Below are positions 48,471-61,160 of a stretch of 64,000 nucleotides of DNA, piece by piece. The translations under genes and the position numbers were made by a program. Positions within the stretch are counted from its first letter, which is position 1; the number at the start of each line of letters is the position of its first letter. Below the pieces are notes generated by a model, which did no database searches, had not been told where the DNA came from, and was given only the letters and a program-made list of their open reading frames with translations. The stretch comes from the human T2T-CHM13v2.0 reference genome, Homo sapiens: NCBI RefSeq assembly GCF_009914755.1, contig NC_060932.1; one strand, given 5' to 3'.

Positions 48471-49606
48471 TAATGTAACTTGAAGCTAAACTTATTATGT
48501 GAACCAAGCCATTTTGATCAGTGATAAATGGCAGGTCTAGTTTTTTTTTTCTTCTTCTTATTGAAAGATCAAGAACCTCAGCCTGCCATGACTTTCTTGG
48601 CTTCCTTTACTAGCATTTAATCCTTCTAGTATTTGACATAATTCCCATGACAACTTGTGGACTGAATATAACGTCCTTCATTTCACAAATGAGGAGATTG
48701 AAATTGAAATATTTTGTCACTTGCCAGAAGTCCCATGTCAGGGTGGCAGTGTTGATATTTGATCCTACTTTTTGTGCCTCCAGCCCAAGAGTTTTTTCTA
48801 TGACAATCAGGAACCTTGAGATTAAAAACACATTGAATGTTGTCATATGTTGGTAAGAATAAAATACCAAAAAGAAAATGCCTTCTACACACAGCTTTTC
48901 TCATGTACTCACTCTAACCTTCTATTTGCACAATTGGAAGCAAATATATCAGCCTCATTGAGCTTCAGTTTTTTTGTTTGTGAGGCAGAAATAACAATAA
49001 CAACCTTACACAGTTGTGAGGATGAGTAAATAGTATATATAAAGTGTCTCATGAAAAGATAGCACTCAGTGAATGGCAACTTTCCTATAATGATAATAAT
49101 TATTATTATATAGGAGATCAGGTAGGTGAAAATGTTTTATAAATTGCAAATTGATAAATGCAAGGTACTCTTATTATAATTATTTTCTTACATTTAAAAA
49201 TATTTATTCACTAATTTTAGAATACGTTTTAATGGTTGGATCCATTTAGTATATTCACTTTAGTGCTATTCTAAGCCATTATTTTAGGAAATTAAAAATT
49301 TAAAATTAGTTTAACTGAAGTGAATACCAACGCTTCTGAAAAGTGCTTTCCTTTTTTTTCATTTTACTTAATCTTAAAACTAAATGTCTTTCTGCAAGAA
49401 GAGATAACTCGAGACTTCTGTTGGGATCAAGTATGATTAATAGCCTGAAATCAGAAATAAAGCTGCTTTATGGAAGAGTAAGAAAATAAGGTGCAGATGA
49501 ATCTCCTAAATTATTCTTTGTGTACTAGAGGAAAACAAAATAAAATTTCCTCAACCCTTAAAAACTTTGTGAGCTCTAAAACCATTGACAAACATAATTT
49601 ATTATT

Positions 49607-49950
49607 ACAGAATCCCAGTTGCACACCTGAAAACCCTGGGGCCACATGTGTTTCAGAATTCAGAATTTCTCAGATTTTTGGAAAGCAATACAACACAAAT
49701 ATTATATATGAATGCCCTTATCAGGGTCTGGGGGAGTACCTTGTAACTGAACACATTACTATTTTTGGAGCAAATGTATGAATAGTCATAGTACATGGAA
49801 TAAATAAAGACTATAAATAGCTTCGTGTCAGGTCAGGTTAGGCCCACAGGTGAGTTCAGGTCACATCAGGTCATGTGTTTTCAGGAACAGTTTTGGTTTT
49901 CAGAAATTTTTGGATTTCAGAGCTGGAGATAAGAGACAGTGGAGCTGTAT
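49607..49950. mobile_element. MER46C-like Tigger-derived DNA element
   Basis: ggggccacatgtgtttcagaattcagaattt at the left end, ttttggatttcagagctggagataag..gctgta at the right end. Confidence 0.6.
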
Positions 49951-51292
49951 TTTTATCCCCAATGTGGAGCGGGTCAACACAAAGGCAACGTGTCTGGTAG
50001 GAAGATCATCAGATCCAGACTCAAGTAGGCCTGAACACCTGATCTACCTTTTAATCCTCGGATTTATTGTGGAAATTATTTCACCTCTATAAGCCTCTGT
50101 TTCCTTATCTGAAAATGGGGAAAAGAATCCTACCTTGCAGGATTGTGGCGAGGGTTAATGATAATATAGGCCAGGTGTCTAGTTACCTGGTACTTACAGT
50201 ATGATTGATAGCTGCTATCATTGTTCATGAGAGGTGGTATCTAATGAAATAGAATAAAATCTCTTTTTTTATTATTTCAAATTTGAAGGTAGCAGGGAAA
50301 AGGGGTAGAAATTTTGTATATGAATTCCAGCAGACTTCCTAAAGGGAAAAGGGGCAAGGCCCCAAAGCTTTGTCTCTGGGACTTAACATTTATTGAAACC
50401 TATTAGGCTGGACGGGATAGCAACTATTCTCAGCTCAGAGTCAGGGAAGTTCCAAAGAGTCCAAAGAACCCCTGAAATGAAACCCCCAGGAGGGTAGAAA
50501 GAACTTGCATAGTGGGTTGGTCCCAACTGAGAGACAGGCAAATGTAGTCTGGGCCCATGAGGAATTGGACATAGGAACTTGTCTCACTCTGAGCATCTGT
50601 GGTCATGCTTTCAACCTGCACGAGTGACTGTGTGAATTCATTTATTTATTCATTTAGCAATTGTTTTTGAATGTCAACTAAGCATAGATCTATGAAAATA
50701 TCCAAGAAACATACAGAAACAACTCTATCTTCATTAGCATTATAGTTTATGAGGGACTTAAACAAGGATCAACAGCAAATCACCCAAAATTGTGGTGAAT
50801 TTTCTAAAGGGATAAACTAGGTGGGCAGTGGTAAGGGCAGGAATGGGCTACTTACAAGGAGGAAGGCAAGAGGAGACAGGACAGCCATGACCAAGGTTGA
50901 GGTATGGCCAGAACACTCCTCCTCTGTGACACCTCGCTGCTGTGCTTTCTCATCACCAGCTTTTAGATGGAGTGCCATCCCCTCAGAAGGCCTTCTTGAC
51001 CTCGCTAAACTTCATTTCACTCTCCACTTTGGCCAATCACTTTCTACCCATTATCCCAGTTTATTTTTTCGGAGCTTTTATAACCGTCTGAAATTATCTT
51101 TTCTAGTTTTGCATGTATTTATTATATGCTTCCCCTCTTTAGAAGGAAAGATTCTTGAGATCTCTGAGGATTTTGTCCAGTGTCTGAGGGTGCCTAAATA
51201 TTTGTTGAATGATTAAAAGGAAGACTATGCAAAGACCTTAAAGCAAAAAAGAGCCCGATGCATTCTAGTAAATAAAACAAGGCATTTGGGTC

Positions 51293-51712
51293 TTGTTGAT
51301 GCTAATGGCCTCCAATGAATCCTGCCTTCTGGTATCCATACCCTTTTGTAGTCTCCTCCCTTACTGACTCAGGGCATGGCCACATGACTTATTTGGCCAA
51401 TGGGACATCAGCGAACAACACGAGCGAAGGCTTGATAAGTGCTTGTTTAGAACACAGATGAGCCATGTGAGAAAGTCCTGCCTGGTCTGGTCTCCCTCAA
51501 GAGGAAATACTGCTTGGAGAGCAAGGTGCTGGCATTCCAGCTGTCCCAGCTGAAATTCAGCCACCCAGCTGAAATTCACTCAGTGAGTAAGTCCAGGTAA
51601 AACCAACAGAAATATCCACCCATCAACCCCATAACAGTGAGAAGAAAAAAAAGTTGTCACTCTAAGCCACTGAGTTTTTGGGTGGTCTTCTATGTGCAAA
51701 AAACCTGAAACA
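51293..51712 (+). mobile_element. MLT1-type (MaLR) LTR
   Basis: aatggcctccaatgaatcctgccttctggtat..tgacttatttggccaatggga..taagccactgagtttttgggtggt. Confidence 0.7.
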
Positions 51713-53101
51713 GAGCCGAGGCATAGTGAGCAGGTGAAGGTAGTGTGAGATGGTTTAGAAAGGAAAACAATCATTCAGAACCTTACACAAGTCAAGTTAC
51801 TGTATGTTAAACACAATGGAAATTAACAGGTTTGAAGGAAGGGAAGACTTATTACTGTACCCTACTCACTGTACCCTACTCAGCAAAGCCATATTCTCTT
51901 AATGGTTTTCAGAAGCCAAGGTAGAGAGGAAGTGCCTTTTAAAAATAGCTTTTGAGGCAAGAAAGGCCGTAACTGGAAGGCCAGATGGAAGAACATGAGC
52001 AGACTTGTTTCTGAGCACATGAAACATCCAAGAATTAACATGGTGGGTTTTGATTGGAGTGGAGTATGGGGAGAATCTATTCCTGCAGGCCAGATCTATG
52101 AGTCAGTGACTTCATTCGGTGGATGAGTCCTAGGGAAATTCAAGTAACTCTTAAAAATAGAAAGACGTGGAATTGCTAACGAATGAAAAATAAGATTCAA
52201 CCACTTGTAAATGATGATATCAGGACCCTTCTTGTATTAATTGGTGGAGAGGGTTTGGAAGAAGAGACACTGAACCTCGAATGAAAAGGAAGCCCTGCAT
52301 GGAAATGACGTGAGACAGGACAGGGCAGCTGGAGAAACAAAAGACCAATTTCATAAACGGTTATTTTCTGTTTATCTTTGTTTGTGCAAGAGCACAGAAG
52401 AAGCTGCTCACAACAGTCTTTCACATATTGTTGATAACTTGGTAGGTATTATAACAAAGGCTTATTCCACTAATGCCCCTAAAAATGTGGGCATGTATCT
52501 TATCTCTGTGCACTGGCCTCTTTGATATACCCTGGGACATCCAGATACCCTGAAACCTGAGTCCCAGGGCTTAAAACCCACTTACTGGTATTGTGTATGA
52601 TTTACCAATAAGGAGACTAAATTCCTTACCAATAAGGAGACTAAAACCATGGAAAACATGTGCTTATGTTCTAGACAAATTACGTTTTCTGGTTGTAGCA
52701 TTTGGTTAAAAAGCAGACACTGAAAAAGCAAGCTATGGACATATAGAAAGAACGGTTCAAGTCCCATTGAATCTTTGTTAGCCAGTCTTTGGGAACAAAT
52801 TCCATAGCCCTTCTTCCATAAATCCTTCTAGAAAGATAAAATATGAGATTTTGTAGCCTTTTACCTCCTCTAACCCTAACTTGCTTGAAATATCTAGTAA
52901 TTTTTCATACCTTAAATAGAAAAATCAAGCCAGCCAGATTTTATTTATAAGAAGATGAAATACCAATTTTCCCTGAAAGTAGGCCTAAATGTAAAATTAA
53001 AGGCACTGCTGACCTTTCCCTGTCAATCTAAAAGGTAAAAAATTTTTAAAATGGCCTGGGCACTCAACAGTAAAGCCTTTTTAGAAAACAATACAAGCGT
53101 T

Positions 53102-53402
53102 GGCTGGGTGTAGTGGCTCAGGCCCATAATCCCAGCACTTTGGGTGGTCAAGGCAGGAGTATCACTTGAGCTCAGGAATTCCAGACCAGCCCGGGCAACA
53201 TGGCAAAACCCCATCTCTACTAAAAAACACAAAAATTAGCCAGGCGTGGTGGCATGTGCCTGTAGTCCCAGCTACTTGGGGGACCGAGGCAGAAGGATTG
53301 CTTGAGCCTGGGAGGTCAAAGCTGCAGTAAGCTGTGTTTGCAGCACTGCACTCCAGCCTGGGCGACACCCCCTGTCTCTAAATAAATAAATATATAAATA
53401 AA
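53102..53402 (+). mobile_element. Alu (J-like)
   Basis: Sense dimer with gaaggattgcttgagcctgggaggtcaaagctgcag. Confidence 0.93.
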
Positions 53403-54086
53403 CAATTAAAAATGATACAAGCATAACTCTTGTTTCTCATCTCCGGTAACTGTAAATGGCATTACACCATCCCTGTTTCTTAAGGAAGAAATCTAGGAGT
53501 CCTCTTTGAATATTTCCTTTCACAAAATCTATTTATCAAATCAGCAGCAAGTTTAATAGCTTCTTCCTCCTAAACATAATTTAAATCATCTACTTGTGCA
53601 CCACCATCTGCCATCACCATTTCTCTCTTGCAGAACCACCAGGCCCTGGGGAGACCACGCTCCTGTAGGGAATGTGGGTTCTGCAAGAAGTAACTGATCC
53701 CTTCAGGAAATGCACCTTTTCCCTCTAAACACAAAGCAAAACTCCCCAAAACTGAGAACTGGACCTTAGAGGCACATGTTGTCCCATCCTGAGAGTGGAT
53801 GCCAGTAATAACTCTGAGGCTCAGGCCACTGGGAGGGGAAATCTGAATCTGTGACTCTTCTGCTCAGACACTCTCAAGGGAGCTGAACTGGTTCATGGTT
53901 GCTGATGACCCCTGGCTATCGATCTCTTTAAGGAAAGATTGTCCAGTTTAGGGATTTAGGACTCCTCCAAATCATCAAATAATGAGTTCATGAAGACCAC
54001 CAGATACCCAAGAAGGTAAGCACTGTATGTGTCAAATACGTTTAAAAAGATAATAAAGAAGAAAATGTTAAAGAGATATCAGATGT

Positions 54087-54406
54087 GGCCAGGCACCATG
54101 GCTCACACCTGTAATCTCAGCACTTTGGGAAGCCGAAGCGGGATGATTGCTTGATGCCAGAAGTTTGAGACCAGCCTGGCCAACATGTCGAAACCCTCTG
54201 TCTACTAAAAATACACAAGTTAGCCGGGCATGGTGGCAGCCACCTGTAATCCCACCTACTTGGGAGGCCGAGACAGGAGAATCACTTGAACCCAGGGGGT
54301 GGAGGTTGCAGTGAGCCATCACACCACTGCATTCCCTGGGTGCAATGTGAGATGCCCTCTAAGTGACAGAGCAAGACTCTGTCAAAAAATAAAATAAAAT
54401 AAAATA
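54087..54406 (+). mobile_element. Alu with a short foreign insertion near its 3' end
   Basis: Sense dimer; about 22 non-Alu nt at 54341-54362. Confidence 0.92.
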
Positions 54407-54635
54407 ACAGACATGAAGTATTGAGCTTGATGTCTAACACTCAGTGGGGCTTACTATGTGGAAACTCCATGTGGATTGCACCTCATCCTTTCGTCACTGG
54501 ACCAGCGCTATTAGCACCAATTCACCAGCTACTATCATCTGAAGGTACCCATTGATCATGCAAGTTACCTTCTCTGGGCAGGCAATCCACATCTTTATGG
54601 TATTGAGTTTATGGCAGACCATACAGAGAGGTAAT

Positions 54636-55097
54636 ATAGTAGTTTTCTACTGCTGCTGAAACAAATCATCAAAAGTTTAGCCTCTTACAATACAAATTTA
54701 TTCTCCTGACACTTCTGGCAGTCACAAATCCAAAATACGTTTTTGGGGCTAAAATCAAGGGGTTGGCAGGGTTGCATTCCTTCTCAGTCTCTGGGAAGAA
54801 TTTGTTTTGTTGTCTTTTCCAGTTTCTATGTGCCTCCTACATTCCTTGGCTTATGATCCCTTCTCCATCCTCAAAGCGAGCAGTATAAAATCTTCTCTCC
54901 CTCCTCTTTTCTTCCTCCTTCTTATAAGAATCTTTGTGATTATATCAGGCCCATCTGGATGAATCAGAATAATCTCCCATCTCAGGATCCTTCATTTAAT
55001 CACATCTGTGAAGTCCCTTGTGTTGTGTAAGACATTTTCAAAGATTCTGGGGATTAAGATATGGACATTGTTGGGGCCAATTATTTAGCCTACTACA
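54636..55097 (-). mobile_element. MLT1-type (MaLR) LTR
   Basis: ggggctaaaatcaaggggttggcagggttgcattccttc..gataat-like ctcccatctcaggatcc..ctggggattaagatatggacat. Confidence 0.8.
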
Positions 55098-56661
55098 GGT
55101 AGGAAGCAAGGGAAAACTTCTCAAGGACTCATTTAGTGATGGTGGCGTTTGAAGGTGGTGGTGGCTGGGGTATTGAGGAGGAAACAGGCCAAACTGGAAA
55201 TAAAAGATGATTTTTGGCCCTGGGTGTAATTGAATTGGCATATTTTGAGGGGATGGGATTCAAGGAAATTAGCTTCACTGAGAGCTGAAAAAGATTCAGG
55301 GATTTTGCTTTCTAAAAAGCAAAATTGGGAGTATAATTGTGGTGCGTAGGGGAAGAGCAAGGGGAGTTAGTGATGGTTGAAATAATACAATGTACGAATA
55401 GTTTCATTACTAAAGCATATCATTCTCTGGATATTGATGGATATCATTCAATTGGCTGTAGTTGATGTAGCAGAAAAGAGTCATCCATTGATTCTATTGA
55501 TTCTATTGAAATTTTTAGGCAGATAACTTATATTATTTTGATGAAAATATCAATGCTGATATTAGCAATAGATACCTGAGAAGAAGCAATTAAAAAAACT
55601 AAAGATGTGTAGTTTGGCAGAATGATTATCAATATAGTCATCTGTGTGAACTGCTTACCTTCAGTTCCCTTGTGGCACAATAGCACGAAAGAAAGTCAGG
55701 GTAATGTGAGTTTTATTTTATAAGGGCTGTTAAGTCTACATAGGTTTGCTTAGTCATCATGGTCGCTGTTTTGTGTCATGCCCATTCACTTATAATTTAA
55801 AGAAAAAGTAAAGGGAACATGTTTCTTTCTCAACACTTTTGCTTTTGGCAACCTCTTGTTGCTTTTACTACTAATGAGAGAAATTCCAGTTCTTTAAGAG
55901 TTAATTTTAAAACAAAACTTTGCCCGCATCTTTCCAATTCCTGGAATACCATTCACAGGAGCACAGCACAATAAATAATTCTGTTCATGCAGGTGATAAA
56001 TGCTGTTGAGGGCTCCGCTTGCTAACCATTTAAGAAATACAGATTTACATACTTTCAAGGCATATCCGTGAAAATGTCAGTTCTTTAACTAAACACTCAT
56101 CTACACAGCCTTTCTGCTAAAGTGAGCACCACCTGAGTGACTTGCCCACACTCTGAGCTCTTCTTGCCTCCAAATGAATTGGTGATTGTTCCCTTCCTGC
56201 CTCCAGTGTGTTGGTTACTGTTGCCATCCTTATCAAAGGTAAGGGTCCAGGCCCACCAGCTTGGAGTTATCTGTGTCTCCTTCCCTTTCCTTAGGCTCTT
56301 GTGGTAAATGCTGCCAATTCTATCTTCACAACCCCTCTGGTGTTCTTTCCTTTCTTCTCCTTTCATCACCATTGCCTCTTACCTGCTGACATCAAATCAC
56401 ATCCTAACTGACCTCATTGCCTAAGCCTTTGCTCCCTCATATCCAGCTAAAGATCTACTGCAAGAATGATAGCCCTGAAGCCCTGTTCCAGTCAGCTCAT
56501 TCATGGTCAGGGAATTTTCAACAGCTTCCCATTGCTTTGCATAAAAGGCAAACACCACCACCTAGCAGGCAAGGGCCTCAGATCTACTTTTCCAGATTTT
56601 TATTTCAATAGTTTCCTTTATACTGTTTATTTTGTAAAGCAGGACTATATGTTGTCCCCAA

Positions 56662-56902
<241 letters not shown>

Positions 56903-58857
56903 TGAAATGCCCAACTCTTGTCCCAAACACACATATCCACTTGTGAAAATCTAACCTATCATCAAAAGTACATCTCAGATGATAGGTATTTCTTGAATAA
57001 AGTCTTTCATCTTTGCATTGCCATAGAGTTTGTTTTACATCTTTCTTATGACAGCACTCACATTCAAACCGTAGTTATATTTATGTGTATACTTGTCTCT
57101 CCACCAGATGGGTAGTAAGACTCTTAAAATCAGAGTCCGAATTTTATCAGTCCTAGGAGTCTTCCATTCTCTTCAGTAGATAATCAAACACTTTTGTTAA
57201 ATATTGGAATGAATAAGCAAGTGACTTATTTTGTCGATTTATTTCTACAGAACATTAGTGATGTGGTGAACAAACACTTTGAGCACATCCAAAATAAAAA
57301 CCATCTGGAACTAAAGTAACAGAATTTTTAATCAGCTACACTGCTATAATACACACTGAGCTATGAAAAATCTTATGCTGGAAAAGGTGCCAGAATCTTA
57401 GTACACTATTTTCAGGAAAGAGATACCATTTCTTTCCCTAAGATATGACCTCGTCTTAGTACCAGAAATGTGAAACCTAACTGGAGAATAAATAAGTTTC
57501 AATTTTTAATAGCTCATAACTCTGACAGGGCTGGGAGTATCAAATTAACTTGAGCATTATCCACCCTGCAGTGCCAGCTGAGGGGCACGTGGAGAGAAAG
57601 GTGCTGAGGGTGGGTGTGGGTGCTCAGCTTCTAGACGGTACTGGCAGCAACAGCTGCCGCTTGGCTCTGGAGGCAGCCCTCTGCTCTCCCTCTGTGGGCA
57701 AGAGGTCCAGGATGAGATGGGGAGGTGGGTGGTCAGATGGGGCAGGGGCTTAAGAGGAGGCCTCAGGCCCTGGTTGGAGATACAGCTGAGCTGTATGAAG
57801 CAGAGCAATTAGTTATGGCATCACCGGTATATAAAAGGGTGAGGGAATCTCAGAATTGAGTTATAATACCTGCTTGTGAGACGATATTACATTAATGATG
57901 ACAAAGGGTGACTTCTATGAACTTCCAGAAACAAAGGATTATCTGGGGAGTAAACTTAACAGGCGCTTCATTTCAGAACAACATGAAAAAATTACAGGCA
58001 CATAAATCTAGAAGTAGGTAGCTCCGTCTCTACCATAATGGATGATGAAAGGTGAGATTAAATGATTCTGAACTTTGCCTGACATGATAAACCTCTATGA
58101 CTTAAGAAAGTGAGCACTGCTTGGCTGGACAGAGCCTCCCTAATATTATTATGGTAAAAGGAATTTCTCACATTGCAGGCTGGGGAAGCCAAATATGGAC
58201 TTTGTGCCACAGTGTTCTGCACCCGTTCGTCACAGAGCTTTTGCTTTAAAATGAGCATTTGGAAGAACTGGTAAATCATTTTATGCACTTTGCTTGTGTT
58301 ATATTCTAAATAAATTTATAAATGGTTGATTCCTTTTAAATCTTATTTTAAAATCATCTTCTCTTCACCTTCAATATAGCCTGGGCTTGTTAATTTATTT
58401 TTAAGTTCGGGGAGAACAACTGTGGCCATACACATGAAGAAAATACAAAATATTGGGACAGATGACAATTTCATTGCATATCCATCACCCTCCTTCTTGC
58501 TAGTGCCCTGCAGGTGAGAGTCAATCAGTAGAATAAGGAAGGCCTAGGGACGTCCAAAATAATGAAGGCTTTTATAGACCCAGGCAGAGGGCAGTGGCTC
58601 CTCTAGGTACAGGGTTGATGTTTTGCCCTGGGATAAGGAACTCAGAACCCTTGGCTCCCTGAGTGGGTGCAATCAATGAAACCCAGTAGATGTCTCTCAG
58701 TCTTTGGAGAAAAGTTGCCTTTGCCAATGTCCTATGTACAGCTTGCTTCTGCAGGCCAACTCTAGCAGCCCTGGAGAGGAACTGCAACTTTGAGCAGAAC
58801 TATTGTTAATCCACACAGTTAAGGAGGGGAGAAGCCCCAGCATGCTCTTTCTTCCCC

Positions 58858-59007
58858 TTTTTTTTTTTTTTTTTTTTTAAGTTTTTGTAGAGATGAGGTC
58901 CCACTATGTTGCCCAGGCTGGTTTTGAACTCCTGAGCTCAAGTGATCCTCCCTCTTCGGCCTCCCAAAGTGTTAGGATTACAGGTGTGAGTTACTGTGTG
59001 CTACCCA
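58858..59007 (-). mobile_element. Alu left-arm monomer
   Basis: Poly-T then gtagagatgaggtcccactatgttgcccaggctgg. Confidence 0.85.
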
Positions 59008-60231
59008 TCATGCTGTTTCTCACCTTGAGCTTCAAAAGGTCACTTTTCTCCCTTAGCCTCCAAGGAAGACTTTTGATCTTTTGCTCACAAAATAGCCAAT
59101 GGCCAACAGTGTGAGAAAAGATCATCTATGTGACCACTGTTTAGAAAAACATAGATCAAAACAATGAGAGACCATGGGAATGGGAGGCAAAATTCAAAAG
59201 ACTGATAATATTCCTGCGGAAGCACGAAGTACTCCAATAATTCATTTGCAGCCCTTAATTAAATTATAAATGGACATAGAGTTAGATTCAAATATTCCAC
59301 TTTTAGGAGTCTGTGAAATTGAAAAATTAACAAGAGTAATTGGAAATAAATGTGCAAGGATGCTAACTGAATCAATGTTTATAAGAGCAGGCATTTCAAA
59401 ATAACCTAAACGGGAATGGAATTAAATAGTGATACTAGACAAGTGCATTTGTGATACTTTAAGTGTAAAAAGTGAATTGAAGAGCAATGGCATAATATGA
59501 TCCTGATTTTGCATATAAAATTTTTTTGCATCTGCACACTTATGTAGTCAGTGAAGAGAGATTAGAAAGAAATACCAATCTGGTAACATTTGTTGCCTTA
59601 AAGAGAATATGACTCTAAAAGATGACAGATTGTTAATTTTTACTTGATTTACATCTGTATTGTTTGATAGCTGCAAAGAACATATATCATTTTTATAATA
59701 AAATTATTTAAATTTTTTCTTAACCTCATATTTAAAAGTTTATAAGATTTTGAGATATTAATCTGAAGAATTTCAGAGACAGATTATAGAATTTAAAAAT
59801 TAAAATTTTTTAAAAATTAAAATTATTCTTGCCTTAAGAATAAGCCAATATTTTAATAAAATCTTGTTTTAACCAATAAAAAAAGTTTATAAGAGGAAAA
59901 GAACGATTTCTATAGTTTCTACATGTCTACTGGCATGTCAATATAGCTATTGTGCCCCCTTTTGAATACTATTTTATTGCCTTATAAAATTGGAAATCTC
60001 CTAACCAGATGAACACATGGAGAAGTTATTTTATTTTGTACAATCTACATGATGATTATACTCCTAAGAGGAAAAGAAATGTACTTGTTTGAAAAAAACC
60101 AAGGGAGTCAGGGGAATTTCACTCAACTCTGTGGCATAAGAGAAAACATTTAAATTAAATGATTGGAAAGAGAAAAGCAAAGCTAGGGATAAGTTCTGAA
60201 GCATGTAAAAAATCTTTGCTTTGTGGTTCCT

Positions 60232-60422
60232 TTAAGCGAGTGGTTCTCAAACATTTCTGTGCATCAGAGGGCTTTGTTAAAATACAGATTGCCCAGCCTC
60301 ACCTTCAGAGTTTCTGATTCAGTAGGTCTGGGATGGAAGCTGAGAATTTGCATTTCTAGCAAGTCCCAGGTGATGCTGATACTGCTGCTCTGAGGACCAC
60401 ACTTAGAGAGCCACTGCTTTAG
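60232..60422. mobile_element. MER5A hAT-derived MITE
   Basis: agtggttctcaaa..gtttctgattcagtaggtctggg..atttgcatttctagcaagtcccaggtgatgctgat..gagagccactg. Confidence 0.85.
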
Positions 60423-60865
60423 AAATATTCCTTGTATACCCTTTGTCAGAAATAGCTAAGGTTTCCAGAAGCAAGAATAGGAATAAAGGCAAGATGTACA
60501 CAAGTGATATCTGATACTGGGGTTGAGATTATGTATTATATACAATTTTTTGAAAAGTAAGACTACGACTAAGCTATTACATTACATGTGCTGCGGTAGT
60601 ATTTTGTATGTTGTATAAAACAAAAGCATTAAATAAATTGAAAGTATTAAAGAATAATAGAAAATTATTTATATGTATTAAATCTCACTTATTTTCTTTT
60701 CATTGCTTATAAAAGAATATGAGCTGTACAATTTTCCAGCTACTTATACATATTAGACAATAAATAAAAACAAAATATTGAAAGAAGAGAGGACAGAATG
60801 TTTATGAATCGCTTGTAATTTTAAAATTAAAAAATTAAATTAAATTTAAAATAGTAATAATAATA

Positions 60866-61160
60866 ATTATTATTATTTTGAGGCAGAGTCTCACTCTGTT
60901 GCCAGGCTGGAGTGCAGTGGCGCAATCTTGGCTCACCACAAACTCTGTCTCCCAGGTTCAAGTGATTCTCTTGCCTCAGTCTCCTGAGTAGATGGGACTA
61001 GAGGAGTGTGCCACCATGCCCGGGTAATTTTTTTGTATTTTTAGTAGAGATGAGGTTTCACCATGTTGGCTAGGCTGGTCTTGAACTCCTGACCTCATGA
61101 TCTGCCCTTCTCTGCCTCCCAAAGTGCTGAGATTACAGGTGTGAGCCACCACACCTGGCC
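60866..61160 (-). mobile_element. Alu (S family)
   Basis: Full antisense dimer; aaatttaaaat on both sides. Confidence 0.95.
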
